DNA of 63,146 nt, the filler included, from Octopus bimaculoides (Eukaryota): NCBI RefSeq assembly GCF_001194135.2. It is 3 parts of 2 records of this genome, joined end to end, with 100 filler letters (N's around TTAATTAATTAA, not from the genome) between each part and the next. Parts side by side here need not be neighbours in the genome. Positions count along the whole stretch, not along the records: positions 1 to 30,583 come from NC_068982.1; 2 more parts are not named here. One strand, 5' to 3'. Both the position numbers and the translations under genes were made by a program. Position 1 is the stretch's first letter. Every line of letters begins with the position of its first letter. Positions 1 to 10,989 of this stretch are shown here, one piece after another. The notes under the pieces were generated by a model, which saw only the letters and a program-made list of their open reading frames with translations, ran no database searches and was not told the DNA's origin.

Positions 1-53
1 GGGGGGGGGGAGAAATTCATTGCATGCCCAACCCCAGAAGTCACCGCACCCCA

Positions 54-92
<39 letters not shown>

Positions 93-771
93 CTCAAAGA
101 AATTCCAACTTTGATTTTCACATTTTATTTAGAATCTTAATTTAATATAAGATAATATAAAGTAATGAAATGGTAGAATATTAAATGCCCATTCTGATTG
201 AACTAGTACTTTCATGCATTAACCTATAAAATCTTTAGGTTCATGTACTATTGGTAACAGTTGTGTTTTACAATTTACAACTGTGGTGAGATGGTTAAAC
301 TGTGTGCCTTAAATACATCTGTACAGACTCCAGAATGTTAATTTTTGCAAACTGTATTCTGACCAATCAATGTGTGATTTTACTGAGTTACTTAAGTTGA
401 TTGGTGTTTGGTTTAGGCATCACAGTTTGTGGAACATGTCGAGAGACCTGTAGTTTGACCCTGGCCAAAGCAGTAATTGTTGGGCTATTTTTAGAAATGT
501 TGTAAACATTTCCCAGGGATTTTTACATTTCATTTATCATCACCATTATCATCTCCTTTATTATTGTTGTTGGTGGTGGTGGTGATGGTAGGAGTAGCTG
601 TTGTAATAGAACTTTGAACCCAAAAATAAGATTATTTTTACTGACTTTTCTCTTGACTTAGCTAGTATTTTCCTGCTATTGTCATCATTGGCACCTATAG
701 TATCGTTGTTGTTGTTAGTGGTAGTGGTCGTAGCAGTAGAAATAATTTTGGGGGAGGGGGCGGGCTAAGAA

Positions 772-1006
772 GGCAATGAGCTGGCAGAAACGTTAGCATG
801 CCGGGCGAAATGCTTAGCGGTATTTCGTCTGCCATTACTTTCTGAGTTCAAATTCCGCCCAGGTCAACTTTGCCTTTCATCTTTTCGGGGTCGATAAATT
901 AAGTACCAGTTATGCACTGGGGTCGATGTAATCGACTTAATCACTTTGTCTGTCCTTGTTTGTCCCCTCTATGTTTAGCCCCTTGTGGCAATAAAGAAAT
1001 AAGAAA
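772..1006 (+). mobile_element. tRNA-derived SINE family A (representative copy)
   Basis: A box TGGCAGAAACG and B box GAGTTCAAATTCC. More decayed minus-strand copies at about 1135-1345, 9825-10025, 15355-15540, 17115-17315, 20220-20430 and 28335-28545. Confidence 0.85.
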
Positions 1007-1441
1007 TAATATCTCTAAGTATTGGTATTATTGTTTATTTAGCTTGGGTTGGAATCTATTAATAAACTTCTATTCTCTGATTTTTCACTGAATTTCACTT
1101 GGACTGTGTAGTTTGTAGAACGGAAATATTATTTTCTTTTCTACTCTAGGCATAAAGCCCGAAATTTTTGGGGAGGGGGTCAGTCAATTAGATCTACCTC
1201 AGTACACAACTAGTACTTAATTCATCGACCCTGAAAGGATCAAAGACAAAGTTGACCTCAGTGGAATTTGAACTCAGAACGTAAAGACTGATGAAATACT
1301 ACCAAGCATTTTGCCCAGAGTGCAAACATTCTGTCAGCTCACCTCCTTGTAGAATGGAAATATTATAAATATCTTCTGACCACATGTTGCTTGATGGTTA
1401 CTCAAAGGTATCTGAGAGACATCTGAATCTCTAATTTGCTG

Positions 1442-2320
1442 TCAGTGCATACATGAACGTTTTGATAATGCCTTTCCAGTCTGACCTACATATAGTTCTT
1501 CACAATTTGGGCATTTAATGCAACAAATTAAATTTCTGCTTTTGTAGTTCATATTTGCATTTGTGAATATTTTTCTGGTTTTTGTGTTCATATATTGGTT
1601 GGTATTGCATTTAGATACAGTGAATGATTGGTCTTTGTTGCGAAGGTCATACTTTGCTTTGTTAATAATTTTTGGTAATAATTTTTTATTAAGAACCATA
1701 GCTTGATCTGTGATTATATCTTTTAATTCATTACTTTGAGCAATGATTGTTAGGTTTACTTTGGCAATGCTGAAGATATTCTGATGACATTGGTTGTGTG
1801 TCACTATAAATGGTATGACTTGTTCCCGTTTTCCTCTTCTTTGGATTGTTCTGTATTGTTGTATGGGTATTTCTATAACCTGCTTTATGCCATTTTCTAT
1901 AAGTAGAGATGGGTATTTTTGTTTGAGCAAAAATTCTCTTAGTTCTGTTAGGCATTTGTTTCTGATATTTGCATCTTCTACAATGGTAAAAATTCTTCTG
2001 GCTAGGCAGTATGGAATATTGCATTTTGCATGTGGGGGATGGCATGACTTAAAATTCATGTGTTTGTAGTATGCCTCTGTGGTAATGGTATTGTCCTTTT
2101 TAATTACCATTATATCTAGGAATGGTAATTTGGTACTACTCATCTCCTTTGTAAATTGGAGAAATTGGTGTAGGACATTCAGTAGGATATTGAACTCTTC
2201 CAGAGTTGGGAGCTTACTTTGACAATCATCTCCATTACCCATTACAAAGCCAAATATGATGCGATCAATGAGATGAAATATCAAAACTAATGACTGGCAA
2301 TAGAGCAGAAAAAAATGCAC
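1442..2320 (-). mobile_element. Penelope-like retroelement relic (RT thumb + GIY-YIG endonuclease)
   Basis: ORF contains LPFLDIMV, SCHPPH..NIPY.LARRI and a degenerate GIY-YIG segment NLICCIKCPNCEELYVGQTG..LSKR. The RT catalytic region is decayed. Confidence 0.85.
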
Positions 2321-2735
2321 GGACTCTGAATCAGAGATATCTTAAATGAAGAGAGCAGATCAAGAAAGTTATGGCAGCAGAAACAGTTATTTCTCAATAA
2401 ATATGCTACCAATTATGGTAAAGACTCTAGAACTCTGAGAAATAACATTAAAAATGGACAATTTCACCAACATAACATATGCCAGAACGCATGGCAACAT
2501 GAACACTCATTTCCCGTTTTGTATGCAAACACCCTAATGCACACAATATGAAATGCACACAATCATACAAACCCATGTGTGTATATATATATATATGAAA
2601 TAATATAAAGAATATATATGAAATAATATAAAGAATATATATACATTTCGTTGTTCGAAAAAATAGTTCATATTCCATGTACTTGTACTTCATATTTTTT
2701 CTTGTACATGTTTCATGATGTCCTGTGCCCACATA

Positions 2736-2767
<32 letters not shown>

Positions 2768-3121
2768 NNNNNNNNNNNNNNNNNNNNNNNNNNNNNNNNN
2801 NNNNNNNNNNNNNNNNNNNNNNNNNNNNNNNNNNNNNNNNNNNNNNNNNNNNNNNNNNNNNNNNNNNNNNNNNNNNNNNNNNNNNNNNNNNNNNNNNNNN
2901 NNNNNNNNNNNNNNNNNNNNNNNNNNNNNNNNNNNNNNNNNNNNNNNNNNNNNNNNNNNNNNNNNNNNNNNNNNNNNNNNNNNNNNNNNNNNNNNNNNNN
3001 NNNNNNNNNNNNNNNNNNNNNNCATTACGTGGCACCTTGGGCAAATGTCTCTACTATAGCCTCAGGCCGACCAAAGCCTTGTGAGTGGATTTGGTAGACA
3101 GAAACTCAAAGAAGCCTGTCG

Positions 3122-3154
<33 letters not shown>

Positions 3155-3959
3155 ATACGTTTGTGTGTCTGTGTTTGTACCCTCAATATCGCTTGACAAC
3201 CGATAGTGGTGTGTGTGCACCCCTGTAATTTAGCATTTCGGCAAAAGAGACCGATAGAATAAGTGCTGGGCTTACAAAGAATAAGTCCTGGGGTCGATTT
3301 GCTCAACTAAAGGCGGTGCTCCAGCATGGCCACACTCAAATGACTGAAACAAGTAAAAGAGTAAAAGAGTAAAGAGTATATATATATATATATGCGCGCA
3401 CGCACGTGTGTATACACACACACACACACACAAATGCACACACATATGAGTGAACAAATGAAAAAGTAGCACTCAATACCTTTAGTAGGAGTTACATATA
3501 TTATTTAATAACAGTTTGATTTAGCTCCAAATAACTTCAAATTTCATGGGGATATATGACATGTCCATCTCATCAGAAGTTAGATGGTAGAGTCTGCTTC
3601 CTTATGGGGAACTAAGTCCAACCGTTGTTTAATGTGTGTGTATACATATATATATATACAGAGAGAGAGAGAGAGAGAGAGATAGATAGATAGATAAAGC
3701 TGCTCTATGGGATTACTCTGGGTTTCCCGTCCATAAGGTGCTTAGCTTTACAACATATCAAACCCCAAAACCTGTTAGCACAAGGCCTCTGTAGCAAGTG
3801 ACCTCTCTAGAAAATGGAGGAGGAAAAGATTTTGTTACTCTGTCAATGAAAGGGGATTGTCTCCCTTTGGCTGTTATTCATAACCGACTTTTTTATTGTG
3901 TCCCAAGATCCCAGGACATTAGCAGGAATTTTCTGGAAGTGCAAATAGGGTCTGAAGAC

Positions 3960-4075
3960 TTCCATTCTGAAGTTAAGAATGTTCCCTTGCCCATTCAGCT
4001 ATGCACAGTTTACAATGCTTGGTCTTGTTTATGTAGGGGCCTGGATTTTTTTAAGAATCTCCATGATATTACATG
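3960..4075 (-). mobile_element. Short Penelope-like C-terminal fragment
   Basis: Minus-strand PGPYINKTKHCKLCIAE resembles the PY...KRCNLC..EK terminus of PLE ORFs. Confidence 0.45.
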
Positions 4076-5062
4076 TTGAATTCCTTCATCCTTCAACTAC
4101 CATATATCCCCCGAACCCGCCCTGCCGTTTCCCGCCTCCCTTTTCCCCTCATCTACCATTCCACCAACCTACCCCTCCAACGCTCCATTCTCCGAGCTTT
4201 CCGGCGCCTCCAGTCCGATCTCTCCACCTCCCACATCTTCCCTAATCGACCCCTCCCCTCCTTCAAACGAGCCCATAACCTACAAGACCTCTTGGTCCAC
4301 AGCTTCTTCCCCAACCCAACCTCCCNNNNNNNNNNNNNNNNNNNNNNNNNNNNNNNNNNNNNNNNNNNNNNNNNNNNNNNNNNNNNNNNNNNNNNNNNNN
4401 NNNNNNNNNNNNNNNNNNNNNNNNNNNNNNNNNNNNNNNNNNNNNNNNNNNNNNNNNNNNNNNNNNNNNNNNNNNNNNNNNNNNNNNNNNNNNNNNNNNN
4501 NNNNNNNNNNNNNNNNNNNNNNNNNNNNNNNNNNNNNNNNNNNNNNNNNNNNNNNNNNNNNNNNNNNNNNNNNNNNNNNNNNNNNNNNNNNNNNNNNNNN
4601 NNNNNNNNNNNNNNNNNNNNNNNNNNNNNNNNNNNNNNNNNNNNNNNNNNNNNNNNNNNNNNNNNNNNNNNNNNNNNNNNNNNNNNNNNNNNNNNNNNNN
4701 NNNNNNNNNNNNNNNNNNNNNNNNNNNNNNNNNNNNNNNNNNNNNNNNNNNNNNNNNNNNNNNNNNNNNNNNNNNNNNNNNNNTCGCTCCTTTGTGCCAC
4801 ATGGGCTCAACTCCCCTCCCCTCTTCATCTAACCCCCCTCCCCCTGCCTCTCTCTAACTTCCGGTCAGCCATTACTATGATTGACCGTTGACTGAACACT
4901 ATTCAATTTTTTTTCTCCGTGTTTTTCTCCTTGTCTCCGTATTCTTTCTGTTGAAGAGCGTAGCTCGAAACGTTAAAGACTTTCCTGAGCGTCATACTAA
5001 TACATCCTTTTGTTGTTTACACCACCTGTCCTCATCTGTTGTTGTTTTTTAGTACATTCTCC
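4073..5062 (+). mobile_element. Younger Penelope-like element 3' portion with terminal repeat, interrupted by a gap
   Basis: RLPFPLIYHSTNLPLQRSILRAFRRLQSD...PLPSFKRAHNLQDLLVHS is a typical PLE linker region. The 3' part 4880-5060 is similar to 61685-61872 and ends at (TA)n. Confidence 0.7.
4943..4979 (+). ncRNA. Variant hammerhead-like motif in the Penelope terminal repeat
   Basis: TCTTT-CTGTTGAA-GAGC(GTA)GCTC-GAA-ACGT-T-AAAGA: stems I and II and a palindromic mini-stem III are present, but the core reads CUGUUGAA rather than CUGANGA. Confidence 0.45.
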
Positions 5063-5401
5063 CATATATATATATATATATATATATATGGTTTCCTTTT
5101 CGGGACACTCAGATTCATCAAGCAGGAATAATCACTGGGGTCAAGTAACTTTTTCTAACTCGTGTATCATTAACATTCCCTGTGGTTAGTCAACATTTAA
5201 AAATGATTTAAAAGGTAACACAGTAGTAAGCACTAGGATTACATATCCCTTTGAACCCATTTTTAGAAATATATATATATATATATACACATACAGGCGG
5301 ACAGACGATTATGAATGTTAGAATTCATAAATTCCGATAGTTTATGATTAAAATTTAGTGATCAGTTGAGTCACAGAAATAGCAATTAATAGTAGACTTA
5401 C

Positions 5402-5651
5402 CTCCAATGGTTGATTTTCTTCAGAAGCCAATACAATAATACTCGGTACACCAACAAATACAGCTCGTAGATTCCTGAGAAATCCTCCAATAAAAGGCAC
5501 TACTTTACAGTCTGGAATATCTAAGGACCTGTTGACTGCTTCCCGAAATTCTCTGCTTGGTTCAGCAGACAATAATAGCTCTGATAAGGATTGGAAACTC
5601 CTCCTTTCATTTTCACTCAAATTTAACCAAAATGGTTTCAGCTTATCAGAT
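5402..5651 (-). CDS. PLCE1: Phospholipase C-epsilon exon, RasGEF (CDC25) domain
   Basis: 250-nt exon with acceptor ttttaataaatttcag| and donor gag|gtaagt, phase 2 to 0. Translates (R/K)SDKLKPFWLNLSENERRSFQSLSELLLSAEPSREFREAVNRSLDIPDCKVVPFIGGFLRNLRAVFVGVPSIIVLASEENQPLE, matching the remembered human PLCE1 segment [28 protein letters not shown]...QEETLE. Confidence 0.88.
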
Positions 5652-6493
5652 CTGAAATTTATTAAAAAGATATCATCATCATTATCATCATCAATTTAAT
5701 GTCTTCTGTGCTTGCATGAGTCAGATGGAATTTGTTGGGGTAGATTTTCTGTAGCCAGATGCCCTTCATATTAGCATTTCTTATCTGATTTGAAACTAGG
5801 TAATATTTCACCATGATTGGACATGTTATACAAAGGTTAATTAAAAACAAATGACCCCACTTGTAGGACAGTGGAGCTTATTTTACAAACACTATGTGAT
5901 GTCATGTCAAGACAAGGGGACAAAAATACACATACATACATACATACATACATGCTGGCTACAAACTGATACATGATGGCTACAAAATCATGCTTGAATA
6001 TAGCCATCACCTGATTGAAAGTCCCTATGACCAGCCATTTTTGTGATAGGTCTTACTTTTTTTTCAAGCAATGCCTGTGCCTGATGACTTTTTATCATGG
6101 TGAAAGGATTTGCACAAATTCAACTCCACTCTCTGAACATGGACAACAGAAACTTGGAAAGAAGAAGTAGTCTACATCATCGAATATTGTCTCGCTCTCT
6201 CTCTCTCTCTCACACACACAGAAAATGAACTTCAGTTTATATGTACCAAATTCTATGTACCAAATTACATGTACCAAGTTCAGCTTGCCCAAGACTACAC
6301 ACTTTAGAGTAACAGGCCCAAAATAAACTATATGTATGTGAGTGTTTTCTATTTTTAATTATTTGATGTCTTCTTGTAAAGAAGGAGCTGGTTTGTAACA
6401 AGGATACAAAGCTAAATCATTGAAATATAGATAGCAGTAATGTCACATGCTGAACTTGATAAAATTCTTGCAGAAATTTACTGTACCACTTAC

Positions 6494-6524
6494 AGATTGT
6501 AATATGTGCATGAATGCTTCATAT
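6494..6524 (-). CDS. Candidate 31-nt micro-exon, (R)YEAFMHILQS
   Basis: atatcag|...tct|gtaagt; phase 2 to 0. Resembles the remembered helix [11 protein letters not shown]. Speculative, and no connecting exon to 5651 was found. Confidence 0.25.
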
Positions 6525-7019
6525 CTGATATACAGTTACAGTTTGATCTAGATAAACTGTTTACTAGACTCTACCAACCTGACACAAAAATGTTTTCAAT
6601 TAATCTTTAATATATAATCTACCACTGAGCAATAAGACAATGAGTTTCAGTATCTTAAAGAAGTAAAATAAATCAAAGAAGACAGTGACAATGAGCAAAG
6701 ACATTCATGAGAACATAATACATATTTTAACATGACTGGGGAATTTCATTTATCAGCTACCAATCAGAATCAATGTGATTTCGATACACTCTCTCACTCT
6801 CACACACATTCAAGATATCTCTAGGTTTGCTGCTTGATATTACCTGCAGCAAACTAAATGTCAACACCCTTACGAGAATATTCTTATAAAATGTTTAACA
6901 AGGAAGAAAAACTGTTAATCTATGAATAAAGTGTTTATTTCATTATAGACTAAAATGAAAACTAAAGAGAACAACTCAGTCACAGCTTCATTAACTTCTG
7001 ATATTGTAGATATTCACAC

Positions 7020-7037
7020 CTGTCATCAGTTCTTAAA
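7020..7037 (-). CDS. Candidate 18-nt micro-exon, (S)LRTDD(R)
   Basis: ttttgcacag|tttaagaactgatgacag|gtgtga; phase 2 to 2. Speculative. Confidence 0.22.
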
Positions 7038-7389
7038 CTGTGCAAAACAGCTGATCAAATATCGTTGTTATTTGTGGTTAAAAAACTGAAACTAAGCACT
7101 CTTCTGTAGTGAAACAAAGTCTAGCCACATTTTAAAAAGAAATTCCTCCCAAAAGATTTATCAGTTTGCATTTTGTGTTTATTTTTTTGTGTTTTATCAA
7201 GTAAATTTCCCAGATTTTTTCCTCCTTTGATTTTCAAGCAAAATGCTAAGTAATACTTTAAGAATTGAGAAAAATTTAGTGATATTATTTAATAAAGAAA
7301 TCAATGCCAAGGAATGGATGTCTTTTAAATTATGTGAAAACAAAAATGTAGTAAATTGTAACCAGTTGGCAGGTGAAAGAATATGATAC

Positions 7390-7525
7390 CTGCCAAGTAC
7401 CAGCAATGTATGCCTATGATCAGCAAATTTTATCAAATTTCTTGCAATAGCTATATTTTTATGGATATCTTTACCAGACAAACTACTATCAAAATCTGCA
7501 GTTTCTATCAGGATTGAGAGATTAT
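7390..7525 (-). CDS. Candidate 136-nt exon, (D)NLSILIETADFDSSLSGKDIHKNIAIARNLIKFADHRHTLLVLG
   Basis: Open frame bounded by tag| and cag|gtatca; phase 1 to 2, compatible with both neighbouring candidates. Lacks the conserved FNE..W motif expected here, so homology is weak. Confidence 0.28.
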
Positions 7526-7855
7526 CTATATAAAGTGCTACAAAACTTTAAGAGTTAATATAACTAGGATACACAGAAAGAGGGAGAGAGATAGAGAGAC
7601 ACAATATACATTTCTGACAATAATCATGATCCAATTTTGTGACAATCTAGCACAGAATAGAAAATAGTCAGGTGAGAAATCTTTAAAGAGCTGCTGATCC
7701 CCATCAGCTTTATATCTGTAAGTGTTTTCATCACATTTTCTATATCTATCTTTTTTCTTATCTTTGTTCATAATTGTCTAAAAATTTAATGTTTTGTTTC
7801 ATGGATATCTATAAGCCTTATTTCACTGAAGCTTATCGTTCTGTTCAGACATCAT

Positions 7856-8071
7856 TATGAAGGGGTGCTGAAAAGTTCCTGGCTTTAAGGGTGTCATGAA
7901 AGGCCTGGCTGGAGGCCCAGTCTTTCAAGTTCTTTTATCAGGCTTTGAAAAACTGAAGGACTGCTGCAATAAGTGTGGGAATCTGAGAGGGGATATGTTG
8001 ACTAAAATCTTAACTGAACTGCCTGTATTTTCTTTCAACCAATGACAAGAACTTTTCAGCATCACATCATA
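7856..8071 (+). mobile_element. Non-autonomous mariner-type element
   Basis: Terminal inverted repeats TATGAAGGGGTGCTGAAAAGTTCCT / AAGAACTTTTCAGCATCACATCATA with TA ends; interior resembles a mariner transposase C-terminus. Confidence 0.65.
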
Positions 8072-8738
8072 CAGGCTCCAGGACAAAGCAATGCATTGGA
8101 GGCCCCAACATATACAAATGCCATACATAGATTAGCATTGGACCCTCACCTAGACCCATGGGGCATCCAGGGAACTTCTAAGTGTACACATATCTTAAAA
8201 CAGCACTGCACATTTACAGGTAATGCAAGCATTATTCTAAGTGCGACCCATAAATTTGGGTCAACATCCTGTAACTTACTTTACTGTTAGTGGATCTTAA
8301 GGCTTTTGTTGGAAACTTTTCATCTACAAGAAATAATTCTTTTGCATTATCTGATTCAGTCAAGAGAACACACCATTAATATCATTTACACAATGTTTTA
8401 AAATAAGCCTAACAACTTCCCAGTAAACACATCTTGTTTGTATTTTTGTTGTGTGGACGACCCCAGGCGATAAGTATGCTAGTCCAATATGTATAAATAG
8501 GGGATGTGACAGCTAGACAAAAAACGTTGCGTAGACCGAGCCGGAGCCGTTGGTAGACTAGATGTCGAGTTCTGTAGAGCGTGTGTGCGCGCGTGTGTGT
8601 GCATGTGTGTGTGCATGTGTGAGTGCATGTGTGAGTGCATGTGTGAGTGTGTGTGTCTGTCTGTCTGTCTATTTATATTCTGTGCTTTTCATAAAAAAAG
8701 CACTGAGCTAAGAATGGTGAAGGTTATTGATTCATTAC

Positions 8739-8770
8739 CTGTCAACAAGTTGTCCACTAGCTTTACACTT
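8739..8770 (-). CDS. Candidate 32-nt micro-exon of PLC-epsilon, (R)SVKLVDNLLT
   Basis: Strong acceptor tttatattctctatgttttcag| and donor cag|gtaatg; phase 2 to 1. Loosely resembles remembered RRVLPVDYLCFLT. Hand-picked. Confidence 0.35.
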
Positions 8771-9019
8771 CTGAAAACATAGAGAATATAAAATTCTCAT
8801 ACTTGAGAAACAGAACAGAAAGTGTATCCAGCCTTAAAACAATCCCTAAATGACATGTATTCCTCTAACCCATGTTAGCATGGAAAAAATGTATTAATTA
8901 AATGGACAAACTTGTGGATGATTTATTTCAGCTTTGTTTTTTCTCATAATAAAGCATTTGCTGTTGGTGAATTACTGTTCTATTCTTCCTTAGTTTAATG
9001 CCAATCAGGAAGGACATTT

Positions 9020-9345
9020 GGTATGTAACTCAACCCTGTGATATTCCACCTGTACTTCAAGTACAGCACACCATCATCCCTATGCTTTATATGCGCCCCT
9101 TCTTTCCCTGAATTCCTTGTATTTTAAGCACTTTCTTTATGTGCCCACTACATATCTTGCCTTCCAAGGCATGTTACCTTGACAACAAGGTTTTTACAAT
9201 TTTTGTTTCTATTTTTTTTTATCGTAGTGGTTGAGTTGTTTTATTATTGCTATATGGCTTGGGAACACAAGAACTTCCTTCAGATCCACCTGCACCTTCC
9301 AGTCATTAGCACCATTCAGAAGTTTCAATCTTGGCTTTCCTACAC
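9020..9345 (-). mobile_element. RLE-type non-LTR retrotransposon relic (HERO/NeSL-like)
   Basis: Minus-strand LLNGANDWKVQVDLKEVLVFPSHIA and MPWKARY...RKCLKYKE match the DW...DL..L.FP.HI and VPWE...ERK..KY motifs of such elements. Confidence 0.65.
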
Positions 9346-10989
9346 TACATTACACTACACACACATGCATGCACACACACACACACACAAACATACAATA
9401 TAATATCTAATGCACATGCAGTTGCAAAGTTATTTTAACTAAGCACTTGATTAATTGAATCTAGCCTAATGCCTGGGGCTATGCAACAACCATAACTTTT
9501 ACTATCATCATCATCATGATTATATCCCTATTATCATTCTTACCTCCCCTTTCTTTCTTCCTTCATTATCATCTTCATTATCACTGTAGTACTTGTTATT
9601 TATTTATGTATTTATTTATTCATTCATTTTGATAATTTTGGTGTAGGTTGTACAGGTTTACAATACAGTATGTTTGTTTTTTTTCCTAGCTGAACCATAT
9701 ATAGCAAATCCTTCATTGGTTTCAACAATGAACATTCAGTTGTTTGATTAACTGAACTACCCACTTGTTATATCGAACATATAAGTGACTGAGTATTCTA
9801 CAGGCTTGTGAAACATTGATATTGCTTTCAAATTTTGGCACAAGGCCAGCAATTTTGGTGAAAGAGTTAAGTCAACTACATTGTCTCCAGTGCCTATTTT
9901 ATCGACCCTGAAAGGATGAAAGGCAAAATCAACCTTGGCAGAAATTGAACCCAGAACATAAAGACAGGTGAAATGTTACTAAGCATTGCACCCAGCATGC
10001 CAATGATTCTGCAAGTTCACTGTCTTATGTGTAATATTAATATTTCCATGCTGAATCAGTATGAGGTTATATGTATCAAGGCCAGACATTTGAACTACTG
10101 GTTGAATAAATCCACTGAAACTTCTTACAATTTCTCTCAACCCAAATTCACTCTCAAGACTTGGGTCATCTCAAGGTATCATTTTCCCAAGATACCTCCT
10201 TTTGAGATTGAAACTAGGGATCCATGATTGCAACGCAAACTTTTTAACCATTTGGCTTAGTCTGAATTTGAACTATGCATCACATGATCTATCTAGTTTA
10301 TTTCAATTCTTGTTTGACCATTGTCTATAACTGATCTTCATCAGCATTATTTTTAAATCCAGTTTTTCATGCTTGTACGAGGCAGATGTAACTTGCTGAG
10401 GTAGATTTTCTGTTGCCAGACATGTTTACGCAGAAGATTGGAAATGAAGGACACATCTTGGAATATGGTAACATCACATGATGTCAAAACAAGAACACAC
10501 ACACACACATACACATGCACAATGGTGACTATTGTGGTCAATCTGATATGTAGATGTATGTAATTACTGCTCATGTGAAAGCAACATACCAAGTATGAGA
10601 AAAATTGAGCTACAAAGTGCAATAAGATTACAAATGCTTATTTCTACATAAGTGTTTTAAATGTTACATGTATTGTATCATATCTGTATAAATAATACAT
10701 ACATCTTAACATTGTTATTTGAACATAGCATTGTAACATTACACACATAAAGAAATAAGCCAAGTGGCATTTCAAAACAAATTACAAAAATAAATAAATA
10801 AATAAATAAATAAACCCCCAAAAATAAACACCACTCAATATGTACATTTAAATACAATTGTGAAATTAAAAACAACCCAAAAGGAAAGATTACCAAACTG
10901 TGAACAACTTTAAATTTAATTCAGACAAAACTTTGTCAAAACTTTTAAAGAAGATAATTGTTTGCTTTGAAAAACAAAAGCAAATATCA

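Noticed and set aside
772-870. SINE heads as tRNA genes
   Set aside because: A and B boxes are present but no complete cloverleaf; they continue into SINE bodies found in many copies.
5985-6035. Minus-strand WLVIGTFNQVMAIF resembling WNMGNYNAVMEF
   Set aside because: No polypyrimidine acceptor, stop just upstream, no donor giving the right length and phase; appears to lie in repeat-derived sequence.
6255-6305. Minus-strand CVVLGKLNLV resembling CWNMGNYNAV
   Set aside because: Weak AAG acceptor, and the only phase-2 donor would create TGA on joining the 5651 exon.
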